A stretch of DNA of 64,000 bases from NCBI GenBank assembly GCA_049724395.1, contig JAUGWO010000085.1:1-64000 (forward strand). The letters run 5' to 3'. Numbering within the stretch: position 1 is the first letter of the stretch; the number at the start of each line of letters is the position of its first letter. The DNA is from Spongospora subterranea f. sp. subterranea. Taxonomy: Eukaryota. The translations under genes were made by a program, and so were the position numbers. Positions 24,894 through 36,884 of this stretch are shown piece by piece. A model generated the notes under the pieces. That model was given only the letters and a program-made list of their open reading frames with translations, was not told the origin of the DNA and did no database searches.

Positions 24894-26195
24894 ATGTTTG
24901 ACGCTTTAACCGTGGAATCCGATTCAGATGGGTCGGATAACCAACTCAACACCGATATTGCACCAGAGGCATCAACCCTGTCCTATATCTTGGATTTGCC
25001 CCTTGATCTACTTGATTGTCCAGATTTCAAGCCTAGGGGGTTATTAAATCAGGTTTTTTTCTGCAATCGCATCCAATTCTCACTTTCCCTTGACACTCCC
25101 ATCCTAGAGAAATAATTGTTTTTCTAACAGCGTCTTGCAAAGCCTATTTGCGTTTTCCGCTTTTCGATCTTTCCTATGTCGATTAGCGGTTGTCGCTGAG
25201 CATCTCGACAATTTCTCAACCCCTGTTTGCTTTGCGTGCCATTTTTTATTCCAACAGGTTTGATTGGTGTACAAAATGTTTGCAATCGGTGAACTCTAAT
25301 CGATCTATAGTGGATAGCTGAACAGGATCTCATTGAATGGAAAGCCCCCGCTATCTATCCATTCTCCCTCGATTTTGTTATCAACCGTTTTTCTGACAAT
25401 TATTTGGGACGCCATGAAGATGTTCATGATTTCTTTCACTATTTGATCGAGGCCATTCACGATGAGCTTGTCCGCCTCAAAACAGGCCTTTCACCTGAAC
25501 AGCTGACCGAATCGCTCAATTATGGTTTTACCCCAGTCCGTTCTCGAAATAATCGCAAACCAGTTGTGCATGTTCTTCAGGATTCTCTTATTAGCAGAAT
25601 ATTTGGAGGTCGTGTTCGTACCTGTTTAACTAAAGCAAATGGGAAAAACACTTCTGAAGTTGCTCCTTTCTTTTCGTTGCCGTTGTCAATTAATTCTAAC
25701 GATATTACCTCTGTAAAAGACGCACTCTTGGCATTTGCTGAAAAAACCCAAATTCGAGGGCTAAAAGTTGCAGATAGCGAGATAAAGGCTTATCAGGCAT
25801 CATTTATCCTTGATTTGCCCAAAGTATTATGCCTGCAGTTGAAGCGGTATTCTGTTTCTCGGGCTCGTTCTCATATTCGATGATTCTGATTGGTTTTTTC
25901 TAGGTTCGCCATGCTGGACTCCCAAATAATTAAGATCTCGAGACATATTCGGTTTGAAGAAAGGTTCCAGTTCCCCAATTCCGTTTTGGTTTCCCCGTCC
26001 TCGGAAGTCAATTGTCGTCTACAAGCCGTCGTATGTCATATAGGAGACGATGCTACCCATGGTCATTATGTCACCTGTTTTCGTCATAAAAACTTAGGCT
26101 GGCTACTCGCTAATGATGCAACCATAACCAGGATAAAGTGGAAGGACGTGCAAATGCAGCAAGCTTACATGTTGTTTTATGAGGTGCAAAAATAG
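24894..26195 (+). CDS. Ubiquitin-specific protease (peptidase C19, USP10/UBP3-like), multi-exon
   Basis: PRGLLN/NNCFSNSVLQ Cys box across an intron, HEDVHDF, LPKVLCLQLKR, His box VVCHIG..HGHY, W..ND, AYMLFY. Confidence 0.92.
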
Positions 26196-26350
26196 ATGGT
26201 GGCTCATGTCGTTCCATGAAATCGTCAAACTTATATCTATTGTAATTCTCTGTCTCAAGTGCCAGAGTAGAATAAAATATTTCGCGAATTGTGTTGGCCT
26301 AACCCAAGTAATCAGTATGGCGAAATGCAACAAGTTTTTGCAATATATAT

Positions 26351-27976
26351 TCAGGTAAAATTAAGAAGGAACTGTACATATCCTGCGACGCCTCCAAGGA
26401 CAATGACAGCTAGAACGGGAAATGTGAGAAACTCTATTGCCACAAAGGAGACTGCTGATGTAGAGACTAGTATGGGATACATCTCCAATGATTGGCCTGA
26501 TTGCCCTCCAACCACAGCCTCCTTCCATAACAGATATATGGCGCCAAACACCAATCCAACAGCAGCCGAGTTAAATCCCTGGATTAACGGCACCACGATT
26601 AGCTGGAGAGGGAGAATAACTAGCGCTGACAAACCTTGAAGAGTGTCTTGGCCATAACCATGTTCCTGTGCTGTTGCCATATGGGCAAGACTCCAGCTTT
26701 GACAAGCAGCCCGGGTGTGAATATCGCTATCCAGGCCAAGACGCCACCAGTAATGCTCGAGAGAATGGATCCACGACTGACTAGAGCTCCACAATAACAA
26801 GCAAAATTGAAGTTAGGACCTGGTCATAATCAGGGCTTTGACAGTGAGATGATGGATAATCGGTACCAGGAAGGGCGTTGATTAGGGTGAGACCTAGGAG
26901 AAACTCATGGTCTGAAAGCCAGCCGTTCGAAACAGTGTAGTTGAAAAGGAGAGGGATGACCACCGGACCGCCACCAAATATGATCAGTCCGACCAAGTAG
27001 AATTTGGTGAAGACATGGAGATAGAGGGAGTGATGATTGGGAAAGGCCAAGGGAACCAGGGCCAACAGGATCGCGGTCAAGACCAGCACTGAACCGGTAC
27101 CCGGGGAATAGCTTATAGCCGAATTAGGCAGAAGGCCAAAGGATGCCACCCGGGTTTGCTCAGAACCAGGTTCGGGACCAAGCAAAGGATCACTAGCGGC
27201 ATTGATTGGCCAGCGTCTGCCTGCCAGCAACCCTTCCAACACAGTGATCGCCCCGGCCGCCATCATCAGCGATGGGATCATATAAGGGACTCCAGGTAGG
27301 TTGATGATGGCGACACCAGCGCTGCAGGCCAGGATCATGCAGGTCCGGTCCACAAGGAGCTTCCCACCCAGTTTATAGGCGGCAGATGCGACAAGGGCGA
27401 TGGCCACCGCGGTGAGGGAGTTGTGGATGAAAAGGGCTGAGGGCGGTAAAGCGCCCATATCGACCCGAGTGACAACGTAGCCGAAAGCGGTCATGATAAT
27501 AGCTCCAGGCAAGCTAAGGCAGTGGTGAGCTAGCATCACATCTTGTAGGTATGTTATGGGCCCACCTCCAGATAAAGAACGACAGCAATGCACATAGCAC
27601 ACCAGCATGGATCAGGGCAATACTGAAGGCGAGTTGGGTACTAGCTGGCCCTGGCAATGCAGCTGATATCGCTAATAATTCAGCAAACACCCCTTCCGAT
27701 ATCCAACTCCTTTTCACAACAAACTCGTTGAAGAGAACGGCGACATGAGCCTGGATAGCATTATGAGGTGGTCAGACGTTGTTCTGTTTTCTCCACCTAC
27801 CCCAAACTGACCTGTGGCCCCCCGAATGTTATCCATGGTAATGGTGCATATGCCCATATTGTCTCGTATAACAGACCTTTGAAGGAAGTCGTTGGACCGG
27901 GACCCGGATCATGATTGTTATTGACCTCAAAACGGGTCTCTGTCATAGCGGCCTCCATCATCCCGACAGATGACAT
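26351..27976 (-). CDS. chrA: Chromate ion transporter (CHR family, long chain), multi-exon
   Basis: TFGGPQ/AHVA, ALPGPASTQ, IIFGGGPVVIPLL, ALPGPNFNF repeats; many hydrophobic helices. Confidence 0.92.
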
Positions 27977-27994
27977 ACAGCCGATTCAACCGGA

Positions 27995-28320
27995 TTGACT
28001 CAGGCGTCTAATCCAACCAACCGTAGTCAGGGGTCTGAGCCGATGGACTTGACTCAGGCGTCTAAATCCAACCAACCGTAGTCAGGGGTCTGAGCCGATG
28101 GACTTGCCTCAGGCGTCTAATCCAATCAACCGTCTGAGCCGATGGTCTTGACGCAGGCGTCTAATCCGATTTACACTAGTCAGGGGTTCGAACCGATGGA
28201 ATACACCTAGTGGTATTGACTCAGGCGCGTCTGATCCTCTGCCAGTCAAAAGTCTGAGCCGAATGGACCTGTTCTGATCCTATCTACTGTAGTGAGGGGA
28301 GTCAGGGGTCAGCTTGACCT
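27995..28320. repeat. Degenerating ~55-bp tandem array
   Basis: Unit TTGACTCAGGCGTCTAATCCAACCAACCGTAGTCAGGGGTCTGAGCCGATGGAC, 5-6 progressively diverged copies. Confidence 0.9.
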
Positions 28321-28956
28321 CAATACAGTCTGATTTCCGGCACACTGCGCCAGTTCCGGTATATCGTGGAAAATAACTTTAGTCATTTGTTTCGTCAATT
28401 GTCTAGCCCAACATCATCGAAAATAAATGAACTGCACCTGAGAACCTTTTTACAGTTTGCAGTACTGTAGTTATTTACCTGCTAATTTCACTGGTATACC
28501 GGGTCAACGAATCACTTTCTGCTAATATTGAACTGGTCGCACTGGAAAACATAATTTCCAAACGGAACAAGATTATCATGCAGAGAACAAGATCCGTATC
28601 GACAGTGTTTATTAGATTGTGTTGACCAACACAACAATCCTGAAATACCAACCAGAGAAAACAATGACTGTTCTTTTATGGCGAGGAAACAGGAGTCACG
28701 TGCTTCTATGCTTATGAAGGTCTCTCATGAGTTCTGTATGATTATTTCAGGAAAAGCACAAACTCGTCGGCTAATCTTTTACAAATGCAATCCACGGTTT
28801 TGGAAATCGTCAAATTTTCAAGGTCACGGAGTCCGTGAGTTAATCCGTCAGCTGATGCCGTGACTGCCATCGCACACGGCTACTGCCCTAGCCGCGGCCA
28901 CAGCCCTCATCAGGCCCAACAATATCTCCTCAGGCACAGCATCATATCCCTAGGCC

Positions 28957-29719
28957 ATGACGACTCGCTTCTCTAGGATGGGCAATCGTACGGCTCGTAA
29001 TCCTACCGGATCTGGACCCGCCCATCTCAATAAGTTCGCCTTTAAACACAATCCACATAGTGCTGTCACCAAGGCGATTGCGGCGATACCACAACGGCGA
29101 GTCTGCTCCCGTTGCTATGATATCCTGGGTAGGGTTCCCATAATCTGGATATGCCCATGTGGTGATTGTTCAACCTGGCTCAGAATGGAGGAAATCCTTT
29201 CGTAAATACAAACCTTTAAAGAAGCCACGTAAGTGTGATCAATGTAATAATCAGACAATCATTACATCATATCATGTGATATGTGAGCAATGCTCTCATC
29301 GTCTCGACGCCTGTTCCAAGTGTAAAGCCAAGTTTACTAAAGAGCACCCGCTTAGAGAGAGCGAAATAGTCATCGTCCCATCCGAGGAAGAAGTTGCCTG
29401 CGCCCTTGCAGGATATAAAGAAAGGCACAGGCGATCGATGATCCGCGCCATTCAGAATGGAGTCATGACATTAGAACAGGTTCTATCTAGCAGGGATGCG
29501 GTTGGCAATCCCAGACCGGAAATGCGGTTAGGTAGTCAACGGCAACAGGTCGGGACAGATCAAGACGGATCCGACCACCAATCTGACGACTCCGATCTGG
29601 ACTCGGAGGAAAGTGGTGATGATGCGATCGAAGAAGGATGCGCCATCACCGATCATCAGATCAGCTCAACTATTGTGAACACCTTACATGTCTCAACTAT
29701 ATCCACATCATCAATATAG
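28957..29719 (+). CDS. DUF2039 / C9orf85-like zinc-binding protein (one intron)
   Basis: HLNKFAFKHN, VCSRCYDILEWRKSFRKYKPL, CxxC..YHVICxxC..CxKC; acidic tail. Confidence 0.88.
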
Positions 29720-29844
29720 TCTCTTTCATTCACCATTTATCATATCCTATTAGGATATACCCCCTGTTTTCATACCTCAATTCATATCATCCCGCCAACC
29801 GGTATTGCATTTCTAACGTCGCTTAACTTGGTGAAAAGTGGATT

Positions 29845-30123
29845 TTAGAGATCTTCCAGTTCTGCAGTTGATATTGTCAGGAACTCATCGAAATCGATGC
29901 GATTGTCATGATTAATATCGGCATCCTCAAACATTCGTTTGATCTCCCGCTTTGTCTTAATCTCACCGAGTCTAATAAGCGCTTCTTTCAGCTCCGATCT
30001 GGTGATGACCCCGTCGTGATTCATATCGAACACGTGAAATGCGGCTTTAAGCTGCTGAAGACGTTCTGGATCAATTGTGGAGCTAATCTTTAACCTGGAT
30101 TGGGTTTGCTTTTTAGCCGACAT
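29845..30123 (-). CDS. Small two-EF-hand calmodulin-like protein (92 aa)
   Basis: FDMNHDGVITRSEL and ADINHDNRIDFDEF loops. Confidence 0.92.
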   Translation of the reverse strand: MSAKKQTQSRLKISSTIDPERLQQLKAAFHVFDMNHDGVITRSELKEALIRLGEIKTKREIKRMFEDADINHDNRIDFDEFLTISTAELEDL

Positions 30124-30339
30124 ATTCTATCCCAGCTACCATTCGGTAAAATGGGTGGGCACGCGCTGGCGACTCGTTCCATTGGTGTCGTTTGAGACAG
30201 GACGGGAAGGCGCCTGACCGGATAACCCATTGATGGAGGCGATCAAATGGGTACTGGCTCTCTGATTTGATGGGATATTTACAAGAGGGTTGTGCTGAGG
30301 CGTTGCTGAGCCTGGGCCCTGGGGCGATAAACCAAGACC

Positions 30340-31377
30340 ATGGGGATCTGCCATTGCGGGTCAATTGGACCTGACAAGACGCCAACCCCTCCATCGCCTA
30401 TACCAGAGATCATCTTAGACGAATATGGGTTTATCCTTCACCATAATCGTTATCGCCTATCGGATCTGTCGTTAATATCCGATCAGGATCAGACCCGGTC
30501 CCTGATATGGCAATCGATTATCGCCGGGTCGGATACGGTAACCACATGGCGATCTGATCTGGTGATGGCGAGGGAGCTGTCTTGGTCTGGTATCCCATGC
30601 ACTATACGCCATAAGGCCTGGTATATTCTATCTGGCGCCCAATCGCTCAAAGCGTTATCGCCAATCAGTTATGCACAATATCTCCTTGAGCCTTGCCCAA
30701 CCGCTCACCGCCAGATAGAGGTCGATATACCCAGGACCTACTCTGAGCACCGCTATTTCACAGAATCGGGTCTGGGCAGGGAACGATTGAAGCGATTGCT
30801 CCATGGCCTGGCGATTAGATTAGGCCCAGATACAGGATATGTACAAGGGATGAACATGATCGCCGCTCTGCTACTGCTCGTATTCGATAACGATGAGGAG
30901 TCGGCATTCTGGACACTAGCCGCCTATATGGAGCAATTGAATATGAAGAGGCTCTATCAAGATGGGATGGATTATTTAACATTATGTCTACATCGTCTTG
31001 GACGACTCATATCAACAACATATCCTCAACTTGAACACCATTTCGGGAAAGAGAATATTGAGCCATTCTGCTATGGTACTCCATGGTTTCTTACATTATT
31101 TGCCTATAACTTACCAATTCGTCAATGCTGTCGTGTATTTGATGCGGCGTTTGCTTTAAATATGGGAGAAGAACTGATCTACAGGTTCTCATTAACTTAT
31201 ATAAGGAGGGTGCTGCCAGATTTGCTGAGATGCCAATTCTCTGACGCTACCACATTACTGAAGATAATCGAGATTGACGATAACGACATTGGTGATATAA
31301 TGAAGGAATCGTTGACTATGAAGATTGAGTTGGAGTTGGATCAATCCGGCGAAGCGGGAGCGAAAAAGATTTCATAA
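30340..31377 (+). CDS. Rab-GAP TBC-domain protein
   Basis: DEYGF, GIP..R..W, IEVDIPRT (Arg finger), GYVQGMN (Gln finger), PWFLTLF; MGICHC N-terminus suggests acylation. Confidence 0.95.
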   Translation: MGICHCGSIGPDKTPTPPSPIPEIILDEYGFILHHNRYRLSDLSLISDQDQTRSLIWQSIIAGSDTVTTWRSDLVMARELSWSGIPCTIRHKAWYILSGAQSLKALSPISYAQYLLEPCPTAHRQIEVDIPRTYSEHRYFTESGLGRERLKRLLHGLAIRLGPDTGYVQGMNMIAALLLLVFDNDEESAFWTLAAYMEQLNMKRLYQDGMDYLTLCLHRLGRLISTTYPQLEHHFGKENIEPFCYGTPWFLTLFAYNLPIRQCCRVFDAAFALNMGEELIYRFSLTYIRRVLPDLLRCQFSDATTLLKIIEIDDNDIGDIMKESLTMKIELELDQSGEAGAKKIS

Positions 31378-31667
31378 AACAGATGATCCAGTTGACGTGT
31401 ACAGCGGCTATACCGAGAACGGTGCCACCAAAGATCATCACATATAAACTAATCAGCATCTATCTGCTTTTATACGTCGAGCAGCCAAAGTGTCATAACC
31501 AATAGATCATAGCTCCCCGACAGCGCCATGGCCAACCCACAACACGGACCCTCACCGAACATTCTCAATGTGGACTGTACACACGTACGACTGGAGCAGT
31601 GACGTGGCGCGTCGTGATCAGTGGTGTAACGCCACGGGGCTCTGTCCGTGACTGGACATGAGTGCCC

Positions 31668-32624
31668 ATGGGGGGACCCGCTCCACGTCCAGCTCCATCA
31701 CAATTATTCAGACATTCCACATTCATCGACTGGCTTGTGCGCCAACCTTCGTCACCCAGGATCATGGACCAACGAACCGCAACTCCTTCGACTGTATATG
31801 TTGTATGCTCGGGATGGCTATCTAAACGCGGTGGCTTCGTGTCAGCTTGGAAACGCAGGCTAGTTTGCCATACCGATTCCTAGTGAAAATTCAATTGATA
31901 ATGACGGATTTTTAGATATTTCATGCTTCGCAATGACCGCTATCTTTGCTATTTTTCTCAAGAAATTGGCCCTGACACTCCAAAGTCTGTAATTCATCGG
32001 TCGATGCTTGGGATGATACCTTTGGTGCACGCATTGGCGATTGGGGATTCAACAATGGCTGGGCCTGGGGATGAGAATTCCACGTTCGATATTGTGACGA
32101 TGTCCAGGACCTATGTCTGTCAAGCCAGTTCCATTGAAGCTAAAAAGCAATGGATATTGGCACTACAGGCTATGATCACACCACTTCCTGAGTTCTCATT
32201 TTCTAAACAAGGGTTCCTTTATAAAAAAGGCAAATTCAAGTGGACTCGTCATTATTTTGCAGTCAGTTTACAGAAATTTCGTGGTCTTGTGCATTTGGCC
32301 TGATTGTGTCTGGTTGTAGGTAGGACGGAACTGTGTCTACATGTTCGAAGATGAGCTGAATTGCCGAGCTTTCGCTCGAATAGCGTCGCACTCGGGGAAA
32401 GCGTTCACGCTGGCTATGGAGCGGCACTGTCAAGAAGCGATTCCGTTGACCCACTCCCAGATTGATACATTCCCCAAAACGGGGGCTCAGATGGGATGTT
32501 CAACACGTTTTGCATCATCAATGGCTCCAGGAGTAAACTTTGGCTCTCTGCCACGTCTTCGAAAGAAGTCAAGCGCTGGGCAGACGGCATTACAATGGAA
32601 ATCCTCACAAGGCAGAACTATTGA
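31668..32624 (+). CDS. Tandem PH-domain protein (2 introns; apparent 1-bp frameshift near 32475; start uncertain)
   Basis: SGWLSKRGG..WKRRYF..KKQWILAL; KQGFLYKKG..WTRHYF..LSATSSKEVKRWADGI. Confidence 0.82.
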
Positions 32625-33169
32625 ATGATTATGTTCAACCCTTTGGAATCATATTCTATACCCCTTTTGCACTGCCCAATACCCAAAGATTTATTCAGTC
32701 CCTTTTCCGACACAAATGAGCGAATCAGGCTCAATTGCACCTATATCTGCTACTAAAATATTATCTCAATCCCTTGGCAATGTCTCTGAGTGATGATGAG
32801 AGGAAATATAGTCGATTGGGTGGTTGGACCCATCCAAGCTGGACCCTGCTAATAAGATTTCCTACATATGCACCCAATGGACAAAGAGAGGTTGTGTATC
32901 GATAGAGATAATCACGAACTTATTTACCACCGATGTCGATCGCGACAGAAAATCGTGTATCGATTACGTACCAGATTTTCACAGAAAAAATTCACAAAGA
33001 TACTGCATTGGAAGGTAAGATCGTTTTTTGATATCAGTCGAACGCAAGCGAGATTCATCAAAAACGAAACAACAGCAGATATTATAGAGAAAATGATCGA
33101 AATATCGAACTTTTGAACAATTTTGGAGCCATTTACAAATCACAATCAAATTTCGTGTGGCAAGTAAAG

Positions 33170-34983
33170 ATGGCGCCATCCTGTTTAATCCTGATATCTT
33201 CATTCTCTATTGTATATGTGGTGATGAGCCAATCTAATCCAGGCAGATGTGGACCTGATTTTGACAACGCTCAATGCAGCCCTGATAATTGGTACCATAT
33301 CAACAGGTTCTCATGTTCTGTCTGATTGATCATCTGGGATTGTGTAGTTGCTCTGAGTATGGATATTGTGGCAATACTCCAGCTCATTGTAAACCTAGAC
33401 AATCAGCAGGGTCTGCAATATTACCAGTTCCAGGAGGACTTGCACCTCCAAGACTCGATGGTCGATGTGGCCCAGCATTTGACAGCGCAAGTTGCATCAT
33501 TGGGAATTGCTGCTCGAAATTCGGTCAGTGTGTGATCTGTGGTGCTACGAAATATGGGAAATGTCTCAAGACATTGTCGTCTTAGGATTCTGTGGTAATA
33601 CACCAGTTCACTGTGATTCTCAATCCATCTATCCGGTATTCAAAACTGCAACTCCATCAACGTCCCCTGTCACCAAACCCCCGGCACCGGGATCCAATCC
33701 GGTTCTGCCGCCCGCGACCAAATCAGCTGCAGCTTCACCGTCGCCCCAACAATCAACGGGTGCTCCTACAACAGCAGCACAACCATGTGGATTACAGCTG
33801 CCCTCATGTGCTCCTGGGAATTGCTGTTCCCAATGGGGATTCTGTGGTATGGTCCTCGTGGTCATGATCCCTAGTCTAAATGTCCATGATTGAGTCCCTG
33901 TTCCCCTACAGGTTCCAGCCCAGATCACTGCAATGATCGGTCGATATACCCTCTGGTTCCATTCCCAACTCCCCCGCCAACCATCAGGGGAGATGGCAGA
34001 TGTGGCAAGGATTACGATGGTGCTGCCTGCCCAACTGGTCAATGCTGCTCACAATTCTGTAAGAGCCCATGGCCAAACTGCCCTGTTATGCTCATCCCGG
34101 CCTGTTATAGCCTTTTGTGGTGTTGGTCCACAGTTTTGTACAAGCGCTCCTTCTATTTCCAGCTCGTCAATTCAGACGCTTTTCACAAGGTCAATGTTCG
34201 ACAGTCTGGTCAATACCAATCCATCTTGTGAAGGGCGTTCGATCTACACGTATGACGCCTTCATAAGGGCGGCCAGCTCCTTTCCCAAGTTCGGAAACGA
34301 GGGATCGCTTGATGCTCGCAAGCGTGATATTGCTGGATTCTTTGGCAATGCTATGCATGAATCACTGCAATTCTGCTACATCAACGAGCTCGCCCCAACG
34401 GTACGATCATCATATCGTGAATTAACGGATCATGATCTGATGTCTGGCCTTTACAGACCCCTGCAACATATTGCTCAGCGTCGCCGACTTGGCCATGCTA
34501 TCCAGGGGCGAATTACCATGGACGTGGGCCATTCCAATTGTCATGGGTAGTTAACCACTCATATCAATGCCAAAACCCAGATCCGGTTGACCTTTTGTTG
34601 GCAGAATTACAACTATATTCTGTTCGGTCAGACCTTGTCGCAAGCGCAAGCTAAGGCGATCTTCGAGACGCCTGATGCATTATCGGCGGATGGGGAGCTA
34701 TTGTTCCGAGCTGCGTTGTGGTTCTATATGACACCACAACCCCCTAAACAAGCAATGCACAGCGTTATGATTACAGATGTGCCACGATTCGGTGAGAGTA
34801 TCAACATCATTAACGGTACGATGATGGTCATTGGAGGCTGTGCGATATCTGATCATGATCGAACTTTTAGGCGGTTTAGAATGTAATGGCGGTAATCCAG
34901 CACAAGTACAATCCCGAATCACCAATTACCAACGCGTCTGTAAGCTTCTAGGAACTGATCCAGGAACAAGTCTCACTTGCTGA
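33170..34983 (+). CDS. Secreted GH19 chitinase with four hevein (CBM18) domains, multi-exon
   Basis: Hydrophobic signal peptide; 4x CG..C..CCS..(G/S)(Y/F)CG..C; P/S/T linker; YTYDAF, KRDIAGFFGN.MHES, YINE, YHGRGPFQLSWNYNY, ALWFYMT, INIINGGLEC. Confidence 0.95.
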
Positions 34984-35383
34984 GTAATTGTCATTATCAT
35001 CATATAATCCCAAACCTCAAATGCAGTTATCAACCACATTGTGTTATTTTCAAAGTCGCATTCTGTTTTATTTCAAAAGTCTTAATAAATGACAGAACTG
35101 CCAGCCAGTAATTGTAAATGCCTCGATCCCAATTGCAATTAGGTCAATTTCAGAATTGAGCTTGAACCAAAGTTTTACTCTGACTGAAGTACGACAACAA
35201 TATGATTATCAAACATTCCGATTCTATGCCGCTGATGGTAATACTGATCAACTGTTGGGCTCATTCGAAGTATGAAGGTCATAAATCTTGTCGCGTACAA
35301 GCTACGGTTGCCAAATATCTGTCGGATTCATGACGTGTTTCACACCTCTCAGTTAGACCCGTTTATTTCCGATAACACTGTTA

Positions 35384-35582
35384 AGATCGGTCTCGGGTAA
35401 AGTGCCGCGCGGACGGGATCGGGGCCAGGAGCGGGAACAGACCGGGGGACTAACCGGTTTACTCAAGTCGTTGCTAGTCTCGTTTCCGTTGCCATCGGTC
35501 CCCGGTCCGTTCCCGCGCTTCGTCCTCGCCCAGTCTCCTGACCCCTAGCCCGTCCTCGACTCCGCCCGCCCGAGACTGATCT
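35384..35582. mobile_element. GC-rich MITE (~200 bp)
   Basis: TIRs AGATCGGTCTCGGG / CCCGAGACTGATCT, flanked by TA (or TTA); purine/pyrimidine-skewed foldback arms. Confidence 0.8.
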
Positions 35583-36023
35583 TATTGTGGATTTCACTAA
35601 AAGTGGACAGTCTGAGGAGTATATAAAACCCGGTCCGCAGTTTCCTTAAACATGGCTCACCACGGATTTTTTAATCAAGAACTACCATTAGAGCTGGTGG
35701 TTGGCCCGTTCCAGAATCGAGACATCTTTGGAGACGAATTTTGATCTTGTTTCATTAAAACACTCGTGGGAAATGTGTTATTTATTACATCACGATTGAT
35801 AATAGCGCACAACACGTCATAATCAAGTCATAACATGCATTGAATTCAATATCTGCAGCAGCAATGTTGTCGTCTAAATCTCCTTTGAAAACGGTATCTT
35901 TGCGGTTGTAGTTTTGGGATGGCCTCGGTCATTTGACAATGAATGACGTGGGAAGCATGAGTCAATTACAGTTGACGTTATCTGTTTATTCTACTCTGCA
36001 TGTCATAAGTCATTCATCGCCAA

Positions 36024-36884
36024 ATGGACGAGACCGTCCCCGACAATTTGACCGCATCCTTGACCGTTTTCAAGGGAGATGATACTGTCAGCAGACGGCA
36101 CCATCATGCTGCTGCAGAAACTGATAGTATTCAATGGACTCTGTCACTTGGATTTTGCGTTCTGCACGCCATCATTGTTCGCCACTTACGAACACAGCTT
36201 CCTAGGTCGAGTGTTCCTGATGAAATCAAACTGAAAATCAAACCTGCTGTCCAAGCACCCCAAAGCAGGTTCATCGACCTTTCTGAAGACAATTTCGACG
36301 TGACTGTTCGACGCGTATATGCACAATCAGTGATTCGTCAGCGATTGTCGCCCGAAAACGTCCTGATTCCACTGGTCGTTTTTATTTCCGAACAGGCGTC
36401 TGTAAGAAATTCGGGATCAACAAACCCTTCTGGTTTGCGAAGGGCGACCATAGGCAGGGTCCGTCTGGCAACAGAAGAAATCGTTGCTGCCATCCAGGCA
36501 AACCCTCCCAGTCTTCCTGATCGAGCCGTAATTGGCGAGATAGCGACGAATATTTGGTCGAGGACCAGGGCGCGAGCTGTCAATCCTGAACCAGTCGAGC
36601 AATTGCCGGCCAGCAACACATTCCGGCAGGCGATGCGATTGGACTACCTCAGAAGTTCACTTGAAAATCAGGATGCGGACGAATTCGCCGAAATCGTGTT
36701 GCGGGTCAATAGGACTGAACTTGTCACTGTGGAGGTGAATATCGCAAGCCTTCGATCCGCCCTGGGTTTGCCACCATATCCGTTGTTCGGAAACGATATA
36801 TTTCATTCCGACGAACCCGTTCCGGCAGTTGTTGGACAAGACCTTAACGACGTCGATCATGTCCTATCGGACGACGAAAATTAA
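36024..36884 (+). CDS. Uncharacterised transposon-borne protein (286 aa)
   Basis: Intronless ATG-TAA ORF inside the TIRs; stop codon overlaps the transposase stop. Confidence 0.8.
   Translation: MDETVPDNLTASLTVFKGDDTVSRRHHHAAAETDSIQWTLSLGFCVLHAIIVRHLRTQLPRSSVPDEIKLKIKPAVQAPQSRFIDLSEDNFDVTVRRVYAQSVIRQRLSPENVLIPLVVFISEQASVRNSGSTNPSGLRRATIGRVRLATEEIVAAIQANPPSLPDRAVIGEIATNIWSRTRARAVNPEPVEQLPASNTFRQAMRLDYLRSSLENQDADEFAEIVLRVNRTELVTVEVNIASLRSALGLPPYPLFGNDIFHSDEPVPAVVGQDLNDVDHVLSDDEN

Noticed and set aside
36024..36884. Fanzor/TnpB nuclease as the transposon's second ORF
   Set aside because: No RuvC D-E-D motifs, no CxxC zinc finger, and short.
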